DNA of 64,000 bases from Candidatus Parcubacteria bacterium (GTDB lineage: Bacteria > Patescibacteriota > Patescibacteriia > UBA1558 > GWA2-36-10). Position 1 is the first letter of the stretch; every line of letters begins with the position of its first letter. The DNA is taken from NCBI GenBank assembly GCA_018669975.1, contig JABHSK010000005.1, positions 57,123 through 121,122 of the forward strand, written 5' to 3'. This document shows positions 33,289 to 42,456 of the stretch, in pieces. Both the position numbers and the translations under genes were made by a program. The notes beneath the pieces were generated by a model, which saw only the letters and a program-made list of their open reading frames with translations, was not told the DNA's origin and did no database searches.

Positions 33289-34083
33289 ATGGAAAATAAT
33301 AAAAAACTTATCTTGATAATTGTTGTAGTTGTACTTGTATTGGCGGTAGTTGGTTTTATTTTGATGCGTAGTATGTCAAAGTCAGATGACAATGTAAATA
33401 ATCAAAATACCAATAGCATTTTATCCACCAACGACAATATACAGCCAGGAGACAATGGAAATGGAGGTGGTTTAAGTACTAGTTATAAATATCGGGACGC
33501 TGAATTTATACATTTGTTAGATGGTTTAGAAGAGGAGGACCTATTGGCCCTTAGGGACACAAAAGGTTATTTGATGTCTAACAAAATGTATCAAATATGT
33601 TTGCGATCTGCTGATGCTGATGAGCAAGAGGAGTGTCTAGAAAGATTAAGGGTTTATCAAATAAATCAAATAGGCAAACCAGAAATGTGTGACCAATTAG
33701 ACACCAGTAGAGATAGTTGCCTGATGAACATTGCTGTAGGTGATAATGATACAAATATATGTAAAGACATTAGCGATCAGGATTTACAGAAGGAATGTAT
33801 AAATTTAATTATTCATTCTTACGCTTTACAACAAGATGATGCTTCTATATGTTATGAGGCATTTGATGAAGAGAATAAGTTAAATTGCATGAAGGCAGTG
33901 GCTCACGAGCACCAGGATTTAGATTATTGTGATACAGATATCATGGTTAATAATGATTTGGGTGACACCTGCCGAAGTATAGTTTTGATAAATCATGTAT
34001 CAGCTAATAACGACAATAGTATTTGTGAGCAGATTCCTTTGCAGGATTATAAGGATATGTGCTTTACTGAGTTTGCATTATAA
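33289..34083 (+). CDS. membrane-anchored Cys-rich repeat protein
   Basis: N-terminal TM helix (LILIIVVVVLVLAVVGFILM); 12 Cys in a repeating C-x-D/N spacing pattern. Confidence 0.45.
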   Translation: MENNKKLILIIVVVVLVLAVVGFILMRSMSKSDDNVNNQNTNSILSTNDNIQPGDNGNGGGLSTSYKYRDAEFIHLLDGLEEEDLLALRDTKGYLMSNKMYQICLRSADADEQEECLERLRVYQINQIGKPEMCDQLDTSRDSCLMNIAVGDNDTNICKDISDQDLQKECINLIIHSYALQQDDASICYEAFDEENKLNCMKAVAHEHQDLDYCDTDIMVNNDLGDTCRSIVLINHVSANNDNSICEQIPLQDYKDMCFTEFAL

Positions 34084-34099
34084 ATTAAATTAGATATTT

Positions 34100-34984
34100 A
34101 TGTTTGATGATTTGAAACAAGATGACCAACAAACAGGGACTCAGGCTCCTCAACCAGCTCCGGCAACTCCACAACCTCAACAACCGGTTCAGCCAGCTGC
34201 TCCGACGCAACCTGCTCCAGTGGCACCAGTTCCTCAACCAGCTCCGGCAACTCCACAACCTCAACAACCGGTTCAGCCAGTTACTCCGACAGGATCAGCA
34301 GCTGATATGTTTGCAGATATAGATCCAGTAGCTGACAAGCCTAGTGCTATTCAATCTGGTAAAATGAAACCAGTTTCTAGTACGGCTGTGCCACCGCCAG
34401 CTGTTCCGACTGCGGCCGACATGATGGTTCGTGATAACGGAGGAGGGGGACTAAAAAAAGTCTTGATTATTGCAGTGGCTTTGATTTTAGTTTTTATAGT
34501 AGTAGCTGGAGTATTTTATTTTATTGGCAATAAAGTAGAGACTGATACAGATGGTGATCAAGCAGCTGTTACAAATACCAATGATAATATTGTTAGCAAC
34601 ACGAATGATGATGTGCCACCCACACAACCTGTCGAGGACATAAATAATGACTTGGGTGATGATGATTTTGATGGTTTAAATAATGGGGAAGAAAGGAAGT
34701 TGGGCACTGATCCGTTAGATCCAGACACTGACAATGATGGTTTATATGACAGCGAGGAAGTCAGGACATATCAGACCAATCCTTTACTTGATGACACTGA
34801 TAATGATGGTCTGTCAGATCATGCTGAGGTTATAATATATACTACCAATCCAAATAATCCAGATACTGACGATGATGGCTTCAATGATGGTACAGAAGTG
34901 GAAAATGGTTATAATCCAAATGGTTCTGGAAAATTGGAAGATTTAATACCACCAGTAGGAAATTTAAATACTAATCAAAATTAA
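34100..34984 (+). CDS. single-pass membrane protein: Pro/Gln-rich N-terminal low-complexity region, TM helix, extracellular thrombospondin-type-3-like Ca-binding repeats (DxDxDG)
   Basis: DPDTDNDGLYDSEE, DDTDNDGLSDHAEV, NPDTDDDGFNDGTEVENG; TM helix KKVLIIAVALILVFIVVAGVFYFIG. Confidence 0.55.
   Translation: MFDDLKQDDQQTGTQAPQPAPATPQPQQPVQPAAPTQPAPVAPVPQPAPATPQPQQPVQPVTPTGSAADMFADIDPVADKPSAIQSGKMKPVSSTAVPPPAVPTAADMMVRDNGGGGLKKVLIIAVALILVFIVVAGVFYFIGNKVETDTDGDQAAVTNTNDNIVSNTNDDVPPTQPVEDINNDLGDDDFDGLNNGEERKLGTDPLDPDTDNDGLYDSEEVRTYQTNPLLDDTDNDGLSDHAEVIIYTTNPNNPDTDDDGFNDGTEVENGYNPNGSGKLEDLIPPVGNLNTNQN
34148..34290 (+). repeat. 84-bp (28-aa) direct tandem repeat x about 1.7 inside ORF 34100
   Basis: cctcaaccagctccggcaactccacaacctcaacaaccggttcagccag occurs twice, 84 nt apart. 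Confidence 0.8.
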
Positions 34985-34989
34985 TTGTT

Positions 34990-36114
34990 ATGTTTGACGA
35001 CAATAAAGTAGGAAATAAAATAGATGACCCTGCTGCTGATATTTCTGAAGAGCAACAAGAAGTTGCTCAGGTTTTAGGTGAAAATAAATCAGAGGTTGCT
35101 AATGGTAAACCAAATCAACAGACAGTGGTGATTAAGGATGAGGATATTCACTCAATGCCAGTAAAATTTTTACCTAATAAGCCACAACAAGCAGCAAATA
35201 AAGCGAGTGTTAGTAGCGGCAAAGGCGGCGGCGGTAAAAAAATAGTATGGGTGTTTGTTGGCTTGATTGTATTTTTGGGAGTTATTATCGGTGGCGGTTT
35301 ATGGTTTATTAATAGTTATAACAAGCCACCAGTAGATCAGGGTAATAACGTGAATCAAGGTGATGTTGTCAGTGACAATACAAATACAGAAGATAATACT
35401 AATACTAACACCAATACTAATGATAATGTAAATACTAATACTAACACCAATACTAATGATAATGTAAATACTAATACTAACACCAATACTAATGATAATG
35501 TGTCACCTCCACCTCCACCACCAACTTCAGCGCTTGACGCAGATAATGATGGACTAACACAATTAGAAGAAGGTATTTATTTTACAAATTCAAATCGTGA
35601 TGATACCGATAGAGATAACTATAAAGATGGTGTAGAGGTGAGTAATCTTTATAATCCACTGGTGCCAGGAGAGGGAGAGTTCTTGGTAGATTCTGGTTTA
35701 GTGACCAAGTATGCAGATGCTTCAGGTTATAATTTATTAAGGCCAAAGAATTGGGTCGCAGAGGCATCTGAGGAACATACAGTAATTTTCATACCAGATG
35801 CGGGGACAGGGGAGCTTATTAGTCTATTGGCCATGCCTAATGAAAATAATATTTCATTGGATACTATTTTTTCTGAAATACCAGATTTGTTGCAGCCACG
35901 CGCAGACTATGTAAATTTTTCTTTAGCTGATCAACCAGCCTTGAAGACCATTGATGGTTTTGGGGTGCTTATGGTGACGGAGGCTTATATTTATATTATT
36001 GATTATGACTTGGGTGGAGTTAGTCAGCCAAACTTTAGTACTACTTTTGGCATGATGCTTAGAAGTTTCACCTTAGGTGAAAAAGATGATGATATGTTAA
36101 ATGATGAACAATAA
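34990..36114 (+). CDS. single-pass membrane protein with an Asn/Thr tandem-repeat region, a polyproline stretch, TSP3-like Ca-binding motifs and a C-terminal globular domain
   Basis: TM helix KKIVWVFVGLIVFLGVIIGGGLWFI; (NTNTNTNDNVNT)x3; SPPPPPPTSALDADNDGLTQLEEG; DDTDRDNYKDGVEV. Confidence 0.5.
   Translation: MFDDNKVGNKIDDPAADISEEQQEVAQVLGENKSEVANGKPNQQTVVIKDEDIHSMPVKFLPNKPQQAANKASVSSGKGGGGKKIVWVFVGLIVFLGVIIGGGLWFINSYNKPPVDQGNNVNQGDVVSDNTNTEDNTNTNTNTNDNVNTNTNTNTNDNVNTNTNTNTNDNVSPPPPPPTSALDADNDGLTQLEEGIYFTNSNRDDTDRDNYKDGVEVSNLYNPLVPGEGEFLVDSGLVTKYADASGYNLLRPKNWVAEASEEHTVIFIPDAGTGELISLLAMPNENNISLDTIFSEIPDLLQPRADYVNFSLADQPALKTIDGFGVLMVTEAYIYIIDYDLGGVSQPNFSTTFGMMLRSFTLGEKDDDMLNDEQ
35395..35505 (+). 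repeat. 36-bp tandem repeat x3 (Asn/Thr tract) inside ORF 34990
   Basis: aatactaatgataatgtaaatactaatactaacacc repeated. Confidence 0.8.
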
Positions 36115-36529
36115 AATAATAAATATAAATAAAAGAGGTTTTAGTGCAGATTTTTCTTGGTTGCCAGATATAGAAAAGATATTTAGTAGTAGTTTTAAAA
36201 AGGATTTTAAAAAAAGTAGATCTATCTCTATAGCTTTAGTTGGCGCAGAAGAGATAAAGCAATTGAATCAAGTTTATCGTCGCAAAAATAAGATTACAGA
36301 TGTACTGTCATTCAATATGGATAGTGATCAGATACTAGGTGAGGTGATTATATGTTTAGAGCAGGCCAAAGCACAGGCTAAGGTCAAACAAAAAACACTT
36401 AAATCAGAATTGCAATTACTGACGATCCACGGAATATTACATTTACTTGGTTATGATCATGAACGTGGTGAAAAATATGCCGCCCAACAAGAGCTTGCCC
36501 AAGAGAAGATTTTAAATTTACTGAATTAA
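36101..36529 (+). CDS. ybeY: rRNA maturation endoribonuclease YbeY
   Basis: Zinc-binding motif HGILHLLGYDHE. Confidence 0.85.
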   Translation: MMNNKIININKRGFSADFSWLPDIEKIFSSSFKKDFKKSRSISIALVGAEEIKQLNQVYRRKNKITDVLSFNMDSDQILGEVIICLEQAKAQAKVKQKTLKSELQLLTIHGILHLLGYDHERGEKYAAQQELAQEKILNLLN

Positions 36530-36532
36530 CTT

Positions 36533-36874
36533 ATGAGTAGTAGACTTTTTCGTAGTTTCCGACATGCCTTTCGGGGTTTAAGGACTGCACTGAAGACAGA
36601 GAAGAACTTCAGAATACACGTAGCCATTACTATATTAGTAATTATATTGGCTTGGTATAAGGATATTGGCCGAATTTCATGGGTAGTCTTACTCTTGGTG
36701 ATGGCCTTGGTGATGGCCTTGGAAATATTTAATTCAGCCATAGAACGCTTAGTAGACATGTTGGCACCAAAGACACATAGTTTTGCCAAAGAGATTAAGG
36801 ACTTACTAGCAGCCATGGTTTTGATAGTATCTTTATTCGCTGTAGCTATAGGTTTGATAATCTTTCTGCGGTAA
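36533..36874 (+). CDS. dgkA: diacylglycerol kinase / undecaprenol kinase family (DgkA)
   Basis: About 113 aa with 3 TM helices; conserved RSFRHAFRGL...E(I)FNSAIERLVD pattern. Confidence 0.75.
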   Translation: MSSRLFRSFRHAFRGLRTALKTEKNFRIHVAITILVIILAWYKDIGRISWVVLLLVMALVMALEIFNSAIERLVDMLAPKTHSFAKEIKDLLAAMVLIVSLFAVAIGLIIFLR

Positions 36875-36949
36875 TTTTAAAAATATTTGGCAAGAATCAA
36901 TAATTTAGTTATAATTAATAATCATAATACCCTAAAATAGTTTTAAAGA

Positions 36950-38200
36950 ATGGCTAAAAATAGAGACATAATTACAGGTTTGGATGTAGGCAGCAGTGCT
37001 GTCCGTATTGTGATGGCTGAGAAGCTGTCCGATGGTCGTCTTAAGGTAATTGGAGCCGCAGAGACTTCATCCGAAGGCGTTAGTAGAGGTAGCATTACTT
37101 CAATAGAGGCTGCTGTTTCTTCTATCTCAGAAACCATAGAGAAATGTGAACGAATGACAGGTTTGAGAGTGGATAGGATGGTGGTGGGTATGTCAGGCAT
37201 ACACATTAAAATGGTCAATAGTAAGGGTGTGGTAGCTGTAGCTAAGGCTAATGAGCAAGTAGAGTATTCTGATATAGATCGAGCCCTAGAAGTGGCCGAA
37301 AGTACAACTACAGTGCCAAACTATGAAATTATCAATGTTTTGCCTATTAGCTATAATTTAGATGACCAAAAAAACATCAAAGAGCCACAAGGTATGTCAG
37401 GTGTTCGTCTAGAGGTAGAGACGCAGATTATTATGTCACTATCATCACAGGTTAAAAATTTAACAAAGTGTATTTATAGGACGGGTGTTGATATTGATGA
37501 TATTGTTTTTTCTATCTTAGCCACCTCTGAAGCAGTGTTGACTCCTAAACAAAAAGAACTAGGTGTGGCTGTGGTAGATATTGGTTCAGCCACCACTTCT
37601 TTGGCTATCTTTGAAGAAGGTAATATTTTACATACAGCTATTTTACCAATTGGCGCTGGGCACATTACCAATGATTTAGCTATTGGCCTAAAGACATCGG
37701 TTGATGTAGCTGAGGCAGTTAAAAAAGATCATGCGCAGGCGTTAGCCGAAGGAATTTCTAAAAGAGATGAGATTGATTTGCACAAATATTCAGAAGAAGA
37801 AAAGAAAGGTTCCTATGTTTTTAAAAAGGACATTTCTGAGATATCAGAAGCTAGAATGGAAGAGGTTTTTTCCATGGTTAACGATGAATTGAAAAAAATT
37901 GACAGAGATGGTAAATTACCTTCTGGAATCGTTTTAACAGGTGGAGGAGCTAAATTACCCCTAGTTATTGATTTGGCTAAGCAAGTATTCAACTTGCCAG
38001 TATTTATGGGATTGCCAGTTGAAAGCAATTTTCCTATAGATAAGTTAAATGATCCTGAGTATACCACTGCTTTAGGCTTGGTAATTTGGGGTGATAAAAA
38101 CATTGATGAAGGTGGAAGTTTTTTTAACAATATAACAGCAGTTAAACAGAGCACAGATAAGATGAGGTCTTGGTTTAGATCTTTATGGCCCTCATCATAG
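36950..38200 (+). CDS. ftsA: cell division protein FtsA
   Basis: Actin-like ATPase motifs ITGLDVGSSAVRIV, VVDIGSATTSLAIFE, GIVLTGGGAKL; upstream of ftsZ. Confidence 0.9.
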   Translation: MAKNRDIITGLDVGSSAVRIVMAEKLSDGRLKVIGAAETSSEGVSRGSITSIEAAVSSISETIEKCERMTGLRVDRMVVGMSGIHIKMVNSKGVVAVAKANEQVEYSDIDRALEVAESTTTVPNYEIINVLPISYNLDDQKNIKEPQGMSGVRLEVETQIIMSLSSQVKNLTKCIYRTGVDIDDIVFSILATSEAVLTPKQKELGVAVVDIGSATTSLAIFEEGNILHTAILPIGAGHITNDLAIGLKTSVDVAEAVKKDHAQALAEGISKRDEIDLHKYSEEEKKGSYVFKKDISEISEARMEEVFSMVNDELKKIDRDGKLPSGIVLTGGGAKLPLVIDLAKQVFNLPVFMGLPVESNFPIDKLNDPEYTTALGLVIWGDKNIDEGGSFFNNITAVKQSTDKMRSWFRSLWPSS

Positions 38201-38221
38201 TTTTAAATAATAAACAAAACG

Positions 38222-39400
38222 ATGGTAAAAAAGAAAAACATAAAAGAAGTCGTGCCTCCTATTGAGACTTTTGCCAGCATTAAGGTTGTTGGTGTTGGTG
38301 GTTCAGGTGGTTCAGCTGTCAATAGAATGGTTTCTGCAAAAATTCGAGGAGTAGATTTTATAGCGGTTAATACTGACGCACAAGCCCTTCATCATTCTAT
38401 AGCGCCAAGTAAGGTGCACATTGGACGTGATACTACCAAGGGGTTAGGTGCTGGTATGGATCCTGATTTAGGCCTTAAAAGTGCTGAGGAAAATGAGCAG
38501 GAAATCATGAACATGTTGGATGGTTCTGATATGGTTTTTATAACCTGCGGTTTAGGTGGCGGTACTGGAACTGGTGCAGCCCCAATCATTGCTGATATAG
38601 CTAGAGAGGTCGGAGCTTTGACAGTGGCCGTAGTGACTAAGCCTTTTACTTTTGAGGGCGTACAACGCAAAGATATTGCCGAAAGAGGTTTGGAGCGCTT
38701 ATTAGATAAAGTAGATACTATTATTACCATACCAAACGATCGATTATTACAAATTATAGATAAAAAAACATCATTATTAGAAGCCTTTGCCATTGTTGAT
38801 GAAGTGTTAAAGCAGGGCGTACAGGGTATCTCTGAAGTTATTACTGTGCCAGGATTGGTTAATGTTGATTTCGCTGACGTAAAAACTATCATGAATAGTT
38901 CTGGTTCTGCCTTGATGGGTATTGGTAAATCTAGTGGAGAGAATAGAGCTAGAGAAGCAGCTAAAGCCGCTATTGATAGTCCTTTATTAGAGTTGTCCAT
39001 TGATGGTGCTACTGGAGTTTTATTTACTATCACCGGTAGTTCAGACTTATCAATGTTTGAGGTCAATGAGGCAGCTGAAGTAGTTACTTCTAGCTGTTCT
39101 TCAGACGCTAAAATCATTTTTGGTGCAGTTATTGATGAGGAATTAGGTGATGAGGTCAAGGTAACCGTTATAGCTACTGGTTTTAAATCTGATGTAGAGG
39201 CTACTAGAGAGTCATCTGCAGTTCAGCCAAGTATTTCTTATCCAGAAACTTTTTCTAAAAAAGAAGAAGAGAGGACAGTTAAGAAAGCTTTTAGAAAAGA
39301 AAAAGAAGAAGAGGAAAATGTAGAAGATGTGCCAAAGAGCAGGGAAGAGGAAGAATTGGATATTCCAGCATTTTTGAGGAAGAAATTGAAAAATAGATAA
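38222..39400 (+). CDS. ftsZ: cell division protein FtsZ
   Basis: Tubulin signature GGGTGTGAAPIIA, NTDAQAL, C-terminal DIPAFLRK tail. Confidence 0.95.
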   Translation: MVKKKNIKEVVPPIETFASIKVVGVGGSGGSAVNRMVSAKIRGVDFIAVNTDAQALHHSIAPSKVHIGRDTTKGLGAGMDPDLGLKSAEENEQEIMNMLDGSDMVFITCGLGGGTGTGAAPIIADIAREVGALTVAVVTKPFTFEGVQRKDIAERGLERLLDKVDTIITIPNDRLLQIIDKKTSLLEAFAIVDEVLKQGVQGISEVITVPGLVNVDFADVKTIMNSSGSALMGIGKSSGENRAREAAKAAIDSPLLELSIDGATGVLFTITGSSDLSMFEVNEAAEVVTSSCSSDAKIIFGAVIDEELGDEVKVTVIATGFKSDVEATRESSAVQPSISYPETFSKKEEERTVKKAFRKEKEEEENVEDVPKSREEEELDIPAFLRKKLKNR

Positions 39401-39865
39401 ATGAATTGTCCTAGTTGTAATTCAAATGAAACTAAAGTTATAGACTCTCGTCTTAGTGGCGAGGGTTTTAGTATTAGGCGAAGAAGATCATGTCAGAGTT
39501 GTAGTTTTAGATTTTCTACCATTGAAGAAATAGAAATATTAGATCTAGTGGTTATTAAGAGGGATGGACATAGAGAAAATTATACTCGTGATAAATTAAT
39601 TAGAGGTTTACGTACCTCATTGGAAAAACGAGCTTATCTAGAAGAAGATTTTAGGCGAATGATTAGTGAGATCGAAAGAGATATACAAAAAAAGGCCACT
39701 ACTGAGATTACTTCTCAGCAAATGGGCGAGATAATCATGAAACGTCTTAAAGCTTTTGATCAGGTAGCTTATATCCGTTATGCCTCAGTTTATCGATCTT
39801 TTAAGGACGCTAAAACTTTTCAAAAAGAGCTTAATCGTTTGTTAAAAAAGAAAAATAAAAAATAG
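39401..39865 (+). CDS. nrdR: transcriptional repressor NrdR
   Basis: Zinc ribbon MNCPSCNS...CQSC followed by an ATP-cone. Confidence 0.9.
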   Translation: MNCPSCNSNETKVIDSRLSGEGFSIRRRRSCQSCSFRFSTIEEIEILDLVVIKRDGHRENYTRDKLIRGLRTSLEKRAYLEEDFRRMISEIERDIQKKATTEITSQQMGEIIMKRLKAFDQVAYIRYASVYRSFKDAKTFQKELNRLLKKKNKK

Positions 39866-39934
39866 TTATTAACAGTTGCTTAATTGTATATTGCGTGTTA
39901 AGATAATTTTACTTTGACAATTATATCAGGGAAG

Positions 39935-40130
39935 CGAGGTTAGATTCCTCCACAGTCCTAGCTACGGTATATCCCCAAAGGGGTAAAGTCCGACACCTGA
40001 GTTTTATTCTTTTTTCTAAGGAGAGAAAGGGCAAATTTATTATAAAGATAATAACTTTATCCGTCCTCTCCTTAATGGGGAGTTTTTTAATAGTTAAAAT
40101 TGTTCTTTATCAATAAATCAAGGAGGTAGA
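39935..40130 (+). promoter_or_regulatory. structured 5' leader (candidate cis-regulatory RNA) upstream of the TTG-start lipoprotein gene
   Basis: GC-rich about 75-nt segment with a cccc-aaa-gggg hairpin and a CUAGCUAC octamer, followed by an aaggagag...ctctcctt long stem and U-run; then SD AAGGAGG and TTG. Confidence 0.3.
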
Positions 40131-40133
40131 GCG

Positions 40134-40622
40134 TTGAACATCACTCGTCGTAAAGTTGTTAAACGGGGGTTGGGTATTCTAGTGTTTGCTCCGTTTGTGA
40201 GCTTGAGTAGTCTTCTATCGGGATGCATGAATATCACTGATCCCGAGGTAGAGTTACCGAAGCAACCCGAACAGCCATTGGCTGACAAGTCCGAACCAGA
40301 GGATCTAGTGCAATCAGGTACTGTAGCTGATTTTTTACAGAGGCGGGTAATATCTATTGAGTATTACGAGCAGTCTGATTGGAATTGTGGCTCTGGTCTA
40401 TTATTGATGAAGCACCTGGTGACTTCTCGTGGAGACCATGGTCTAGATGGGTATGAATATTTTATCAACGGAGAGTGTGTCCAGGAGGCTATTAATTTAG
40501 TTGATTTCAATCCCAGTCAGAGATTGTCTATTAAACGAAATGGACAGCGTGTCTGGAGCTATAAGCCTAGGACCAGACCTAATGTTCATATGCATGAACA
40601 AGCTCTACCAGAACCAACTTGA
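40134..40622 (+). CDS. putative Tat-signal lipoprotein, GC-rich cassette gene (TTG start)
   Basis: RRKVVKRG twin-Arg-like n-region, hydrophobic core, lipobox LLSGC; AAGGAGG SD 7 nt upstream of the TTG; local GC about 50%. Confidence 0.5.
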   Translation: MNITRRKVVKRGLGILVFAPFVSLSSLLSGCMNITDPEVELPKQPEQPLADKSEPEDLVQSGTVADFLQRRVISIEYYEQSDWNCGSGLLLMKHLVTSRGDHGLDGYEYFINGECVQEAINLVDFNPSQRLSIKRNGQRVWSYKPRTRPNVHMHEQALPEPT

Positions 40623-40630
40623 TAATTTAT

Positions 40631-40663
40631 GGTGTGGTGTAATATCACCACACCAAGTTTTTA
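40631..40663 (+). terminator. intrinsic terminator
   Basis: ggtgtggtg-taatat-caccacacc hairpin plus T-run. Confidence 0.7.
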
Positions 40664-40684
40664 TAAAAAATTAATCAGATAATT

Positions 40685-42451
40685 ATGAAAAAAGTTTTAT
40701 TTTTAATTTTTGCTATTAGTCTAGTGTTTAGTCCTGGCCTGATTAAAGCTGACTATAGTAATACTATTGATTATCTACAATCTCAAACACAAAATGCTTG
40801 GACCACGCAGGCTTTGGCAGCGGCCAATGTCAATAATTCAGATGTTTCTTATATTGATGCAAGTACTAGTGATTTGATGACTGCTATTAAAAGTGTGCTA
40901 GCTTTAGCGGCTAACAATAGTCAAGATCAAGATGTAGTTATTAGCTTGAGTGATACTATCAACAGCAACATGTCTGCTGGACAACTTGGATCAGCTGATT
41001 TGCTCAACGATGATTTCTGGGGGTTAATGGCTTTGAAGTCAATTGGTCAAACAGATAATATTGATACTATTAAAGATTTTATTTTAAGTGCACAAAACAC
41101 AGATGGTGGCTGGGGTTGGTCTACTACAGCTGGTTCAGATAGTAATGATACAGCGGCAGCAGTTATGGCTCTTTTAGACGCTGGATTCACAAGCTCAGAT
41201 GCACAGCTGGCTGCAGCCTTAGCTTATATTCAAACTACTCAAAATGATGACGGTGGTTTTGGTTATGATGTTGATAGTGATTCAGATGGTGCTTCCACAG
41301 CTTGGGTGATTGCTACTTTAAACAAGTCTAATGTTAGTCCTAGTACTTGGGAAAAAAATAATAACAACCCAGTGTTATTTTTAGAGAGCCTACAACAGGC
41401 AGATGGTTCATTTTTATGGTTGCCTTCAGATCAACAGGGATCAGCCATGGTAACGGCTTATGCTTTATTAGCTTTATCAGATGGTACTTATCCAGTTAAT
41501 TATATTCAACTAAATGATGACCAGTCAGAAGTAGGGGTAGATTTAAGAATTGAGGGGCCTACAGAAACTATTTGTCTAGCAGCTGATTTGCAGGCTAGTA
41601 CAGTTTTAGAGTTATTAGAAACAGCGGCTGATGCTTGTGATTTTGAATACATAGCTGAGGATACCGCCTATGGCACCTATGTTTCTAGTATAGGTGGTGT
41701 AGACGCGCAAGGTATGGAGGGTTGGCAGTATTGGGTTGATTGGCAGTCGGCCACTGTGGGTGCAGCTGACTACCAGCTGTCTGATGGTGAGGATGTATTA
41801 TGGGCCTATGGTCAATTTGATATTAAACCAAGTAGAGTAGAAATTAATAGTACTGTGCTGGATACTTCAGAAAGTTTGATAGTTACAGTTCAACATTTTG
41901 ATGGCAGTGATTGGCTTGCCTGGCCGTCAGCTGAACTACATATTGGTTCAGAAACATATCATAGTGGAGATAATGGTCAATTGACTATTACCCTAAACAA
42001 TGATGGTGTCTATGAAGTTTGGGCAGAGCAGAGCAGTGCTTACATTCGCAGTAATAAGCTCTATGTAACAGTAGGAGATGGAGTGTCCAATACAGTAGAT
42101 CTGTTGGTTGATATAGAATCAGATGGTTCAGGTTCTGGTCAGGATGCTATTGCATTCTCAGTTAGTCAATCTAACATTAATTTTGGTAGTCTTAAGCCAG
42201 GCCAGTCAGCCGACACTATTCTTAGTTTAAATAATACTGGTAATGTTAGTGTTTATATTGAAGCTAGTATTTTAGGAGATGACATTTTTAAAGATAATGT
42301 AAGTTTAGGGCAGTCCATGTGGGAGGACTTTAATATATATTTGCCAACAACTGATTCTAATTCAGTCAACGTTGGTTTGGAAATACCCAACTCATTTTCT
42401 GGTAGCGGACAAAAGAGTGGTCAGTTAATATTTTGGGCTACCAATAATTAG
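40685..42451 (+). CDS. secreted protein with prenyltransferase/squalene-cyclase-like (alpha-alpha toroid) repeats and a C-terminal beta-rich domain
   Basis: Signal peptide; repeated D(D/G)G(G/S)(W/F)G motifs: TDGGWGWSTTAGSDSNDTAAAVMALLDAG, DDGGFGYDVDSDSDGASTAWVIATL, ADGSFLWLPSDQQGSAMVTAYALLAL. Confidence 0.5.
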   Translation: MKKVLFLIFAISLVFSPGLIKADYSNTIDYLQSQTQNAWTTQALAAANVNNSDVSYIDASTSDLMTAIKSVLALAANNSQDQDVVISLSDTINSNMSAGQLGSADLLNDDFWGLMALKSIGQTDNIDTIKDFILSAQNTDGGWGWSTTAGSDSNDTAAAVMALLDAGFTSSDAQLAAALAYIQTTQNDDGGFGYDVDSDSDGASTAWVIATLNKSNVSPSTWEKNNNNPVLFLESLQQADGSFLWLPSDQQGSAMVTAYALLALSDGTYPVNYIQLNDDQSEVGVDLRIEGPTETICLAADLQASTVLELLETAADACDFEYIAEDTAYGTYVSSIGGVDAQGMEGWQYWVDWQSATVGAADYQLSDGEDVLWAYGQFDIKPSRVEINSTVLDTSESLIVTVQHFDGSDWLAWPSAELHIGSETYHSGDNGQLTITLNNDGVYEVWAEQSSAYIRSNKLYVTVGDGVSNTVDLLVDIESDGSGSGQDAIAFSVSQSNINFGSLKPGQSADTILSLNNTGNVSVYIEASILGDDIFKDNVSLGQSMWEDFNIYLPTTDSNSVNVGLEIPNSFSGSGQKSGQLIFWATNN

Positions 42452-42456
42452 ATTAT

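Noticed and set aside
34085-34322. ORFs 34085..34267 (-) and 34122..34322 (+), with internally repeated peptides
   Set aside because: Artefacts of the 84-bp tandem repeat read in alternative frames; the real gene is 34100..34984 (+).
38392-39159. 255-aa minus-strand ORF
   Set aside because: Antisense to ftsZ; Ser/Pro/Ala-rich mirror-frame artefact.
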